This document shows positions 60,350 through 64,000 of a DNA stretch of 64,000 bases, in pieces. The translations under genes were made by a program, and so were the position numbers. Each line of letters opens with the position of its first letter. Position 1 is the stretch's first letter. The stretch spans positions 365,738,001-365,802,000 of the forward strand of contig OZ024743.1 in NCBI GenBank assembly GCA_964016885.1, in the 5' to 3' direction. The stretch comes from Eledone cirrhosa. Taxonomy: Eukaryota. The notes under the pieces are model-generated. The model did no database searches and was not told where the DNA came from. It saw only the letters and a list, made by a program, of their open reading frames with translations.

Positions 60350-62148
60350 AATTAAAACAACAAGAAGTAATATCGGCAGATACAAGCCGGAAGCTCCGAA
60401 GAATATGGAGTGTACATACACTAAAGTATTGCAAAAATGTATAATAAAAATAATAAAAATATATAATAAAAATTACTAAGGATGTATATAACATTAAGAA
60501 CCATATTACAAATATAGTCCAAAGCAAAAAAAACCTAGAGCTAAACAAAGGTGATTATATATAGCAGGAATTATATATAATACAATGTAATATAATATAA
60601 TATAATATAATATAATATACCTTTACCAACATTAAAATTACAATAAAAAGGTACAATATGCATATGTATATATGTGCGCACACGTACACACACATACACA
60701 TACAACAATACACACATCCATCTTCAACTGCACAAATTAAACCTTATTAAGAGTTTGAATATAAAAATAAGCATGATAGGAATGAAAATAATAATAATAA
60801 TATTACTAATACGTCTACCCAATATACATGAGGTAATAATATGATATAATTATAAGTAGCACATATAATAAATAATAAATAATACAGTTATATACTATAT
60901 AATACAATATAATAGAATAGATAATCTCCGGTTAATTTACACAAACAATATAGATGTCACAATAATAATATAATAATAATATATTAACATTTACAATATA
61001 CAATATACTAACATTTATAATAAACAATATAAAGGTACTCAAGTTAACAAATCAATTCATACTGGGTTACAGAGTAGATGAGGAAAAATAAATTGTACAA
61101 TACCTCAAAAAAATGTTGATGGTACAAAAGTTCAAACATCTTACATAATATATAAAGTTTAACATATCATAATGTTACATATAATTAATGGTAAGTAATA
61201 AGGATCAATATTACAATAAAAAATACAATATAATATAATATATTATATAAAATAAATTAATATAATATAATATATAATTACTTATAATTACAAGGTTGGT
61301 AGACAGACATGTATATGGATGAGTGAGTAAGAGCCAGACAGTAAATATAATGCACAGTAGTATTACAAATAAAATATAAAATATAAAATATAGAATAAAG
61401 TAAATAAATAGAATCAACCGGAAATTAAAAAACAAAAACAAACGTATACATTTAGGTCTCACATGCAGTTAAGTAGTTAAGTAAAAACTAAGGAAACAAC
61501 CCCTGTAAATAACTCAAAAACCCTATTTGATAAATTAATATTAAAAATATTTAAACTATTCAATAAGGCAGTATAATATTAGCTATAGTTTAAGTCATTA
61601 AAGTTTATAAACGTTAATATTTCGTTATAAATGTTTACAAAAAGGAATGAAAATTTTTTATTATCATATACATAACGATATCTAAAGAACTGACTTAAGC
61701 AGAATTAAGGTAGGCTAATAGGGACAGAAATGGAGAAATATATGGAGGATGCAAAGGGGCATAAAATATAGTCGATATACTATATTACATAATAGAAAGG
61801 AGCGTAAAGGAGGGGGGGGTTAAATATAATATATCATAGTCAATTTGGAGGGGTTGACACTAAGTTTATGTGCGCATGGGGGGGGGTTCCAAAGAAGAAT
61901 CCGAATAAAAATAAAAATAAAAATAAGAATAAAATAAAATAAATAGCGTAAAATATATAATCTTATATACATTCATAAGGTGTAATAGTGAAAATCTAAT
62001 GCATAAGAAGATAGATATAGTACAGTAGCCAAAAGATTATGAGAGCTAGAATAAAGATTCATCAAAAACCAATGATAATAATGATGATAATAATAATGTT
62101 GGCAAACAAAAGAACCTAAACTAAAAAATAAATAATGGAGTATACCAG

Positions 62149-63999
62149 CTAATGGGTACAATTTGTACTACTAGAACGTTTAGGTTTATAATAAAAGTAT
62201 GAATTAGAAATAGCATGGGGGCAAGAAGAGAATATCTCAGACTTTCTATTAAGTAAAGATGCGCTAGAGAAGATTATAGAGTGTGCCTCGAGGATACAGA
62301 GATTACAAAACTTAGTATGTGTAGAAAGGTGGTTAGAGCGTGCTACTAAACGCCAGTTAAGGCTATATGGTATATTAGCTCCCTTAAGATCCCAGATATA
62401 ATGTGCTAAAGAAGTAGAATTCTTAAACTTAACATGCTTGAAATTAGAGATATGAGAGTTAAACCTAGTCTTAAAAGTGTTAGATGTAGAGCCTATATAA
62501 GTTCTATTAGAGGAATTAGTTATAACTTCGCAAGCATAGACAATGTTCTTAGAAAGGCAGTTACCGTTTAAAGGGCAGTTAGCACTCACTCTACAATTGC
62601 ACTTCCGGGTGTTATTGGTTGACTCAAGTGGTGATGCATTACACGTAGGATTGCTATTAGATAAGGACTGTTCTGGTGGTAATGCATTGCCAGATCTGTT
62701 CAGACTAGTAGTATGTAGAGAGGAGAATCCATCCCTAATTTTCCTATTGTTAGTGCTAGCTAAATGAGAACTAATATTAGGGGTGGTAGAGAATGAAAGT
62801 TTAATAACATTTTTATTAAAAATACTATGGTATTTATGAGAAGGGGGGAAATTTTTCTCTAAGATAGAGAAGAAAGACCTAGGGATATTAGTTGATACTT
62901 CCTGATTATATGGCGGGTTAAAATAAGTATTTAATCGCCTTCTATTTTTATTCTTACCGACTCTACCATTATCAAATATCCCACCATCGAGACTAGGGTT
63001 ACTACAAGGATTAGTTAAAGCCGCATTCATAGAATCAGCCAAAATTTCATTAAGTCTATTACAGTTTCTACCTCCAGTAGATCTGCTGCTGTCCGGAATC
63101 CCATCATAAGGATTAGGGCCAATGATAGGATCAGTAGGAGCAACATTATTAGAATAAGATCCAGCAAAATTATCACCAATGTGTGAGCGCTCAGGGGGTT
63201 CAACTTGTTTCCTAGAGGTATTATATTCACTATTACGGGTCCGGTGGGTTAACTTATGTATGGGTTCAGATACACCTATATAATTTTTACGGTTACTATG
63301 TTTGCTACTCCCATTCATGGCCATGTTATGTGATATTATGTTATTATTATTAAAAGTAGACGGAGACTTTCTAAGGTTACTATTATTATATTGTATTTTA
63401 CTAGAGTAACCTGAATTTGCTAGGGCATTATTATAGTACTCCGCATGTTCATTAAATGTTCCTACGTCCTTAGAGAGTGTGGAAATCCTATTAGATACAC
63501 CCTTAATTATAGAGCTTATCATAGACTTAGGGTGGTTAGAATTGGGACTAACATAAGAAAGTATTTCATTAGGCTTATGGAAGGGTTTAAAACTATTAGT
63601 GACCAAGTCCAAAGTCACATCTAAAAAGTTAACCGCTCTATCATTTCTATCTATCGTGATCGAAAGGTTATAGCTTTTAAAAAACTTATAAAGCTTCTTC
63701 TTATTATGTTCTACATTGTTGGTGCTAGAGTTAATTACAAACAATGCATCATCACGATATAGTCCGCCTATAAGGTGCGGGAAGGTAGCATATAGTTCAT
63801 TAAGGAGGAACAACCCAACAAGATCAGTAACCTGGGCCGAATCACTCGAATCCATTGTAACGTCGAAATTATTGGGCGTGTTTTTACGGGTCCAAAATGT
63901 GTCCTCAAATTTAATAATAGTTTTACGAGCTGCTAGTATAATATCTACCTGTGATCGTGTAAGGCTGGACACTCTCATGGCCAACATTAAAGCTTTATT
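62149..63999 (-). CDS. PLE reverse transcriptase / GIY-YIG endonuclease polyprotein (frame open to the window edge)
   Basis: FDVTMDSSDSAQVTDLVG, GGLYRDDAL, VNFLDVTLDL, SNHP, YFNPPY, CNCRVSANCPLNGNCL, IVYAC..YIGSTSNTFKTRFNSH, CNLCILE, LLNRKSE. No stop in 612+ codons; the upstream codons NKAL are also open. Confidence 0.95.
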   Translation of the reverse strand, partial: NKALMLAMRVSSLTRSQVDIILAARKTIIKFEDTFWTRKNTPNNFDVTMDSSDSAQVTDLVGLFLLNELYATFPHLIGGLYRDDALFVINSSTNNVEHNKKKLYKFFKSYNLSITIDRNDRAVNFLDVTLDLVTNSFKPFHKPNEILSYVSPNSNHPKSMISSIIKGVSNRISTLSKDVGTFNEHAEYYNNALANSGYSSKIQYNNSNLRKSPSTFNNNNIISHNMAMNGSSKHSNRKNYIGVSEPIHKLTHRTRNSEYNTSRKQVEPPERSHIGDNFAGSYSNNVAPTDPIIGPNPYDGIPDSSRSTGGRNCNRLNEILADSMNAALTNPCSNPSLDGGIFDNGRVGKNKNRRRLNTYFNPPYNQEVSTNIPRSFFSILEKNFPPSHKYHSIFNKNVIKLSFSTTPNISSHLASTNNRKIRDGFSSLHTTSLNRSGNALPPEQSLSNSNPTCNASPLESTNNTRKCNCRVSANCPLNGNCLSKNIVYACEVITNSSNRTYIGSTSNTFKTRFNSHISNFKHVKFKNSTSLAHYIWDLKGANIPYSLNWRLVARSNHLSTHTKFCNLCILEAHSIIFSSASLLNRKSEIFSSCPHAISNSYFYYKPKRSSSTNCTH

Positions 64000-64000
64000 G

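Larger units (their letters stand above)
60161..64000 (-). mobile_element. Penelope-like retroelement (Naiad-like) with ~2-kb 3' UTR ending at a (TA)n tract; 5' part off the window
   Basis: Intact ORF, then an AT-rich UTR, HHR, AATAAA and a TA junction at ~60160. Confidence 0.88.

Overview
AT-rich, microsatellite-dense animal genomic DNA with no host protein-coding gene that I can support. The SINE families and the TA/CA/GA repeat load suggest a cephalopod, probably Octopus (inference). Most ORFs in the track are YI/CV/HT translations of dinucleotide repeats. The real content is mobile DNA, dominated by Penelope-like retroelements (PLEs). These include one long intact RT+GIY-YIG ORF running off the right edge (62149-64000), a frameshifted RT+GIY-YIG copy (57590-59190), and at least four thumb/GIY-YIG remnants. 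RTE and Tx1/L1-like LINE fragments, a mariner remnant, a Helitron Rep remnant and many tRNA-SINEs are also present. The hidden layer is RNA structure: by eye I find more than 20 type-I hammerhead ribozyme (HHR) folds from about a dozen unrelated sequence families. They sit in PLE 3' ends or in short non-coding units inserted in (TA)n tracts as fold-back hairpins or ~510-560 bp tandem units (retrozyme-like). Highlights are a 7-copy 557-bp HHR satellite with a central inversion, compensatory U3:A8 core variants, a ~3 kb microsatellite-rich inverted pseudo-LTR, and five copies (two covarying families) of a candidate non-circularly permuted (rearranged) hammerhead. All folds and coordinates were derived by hand; none was computed or tested.
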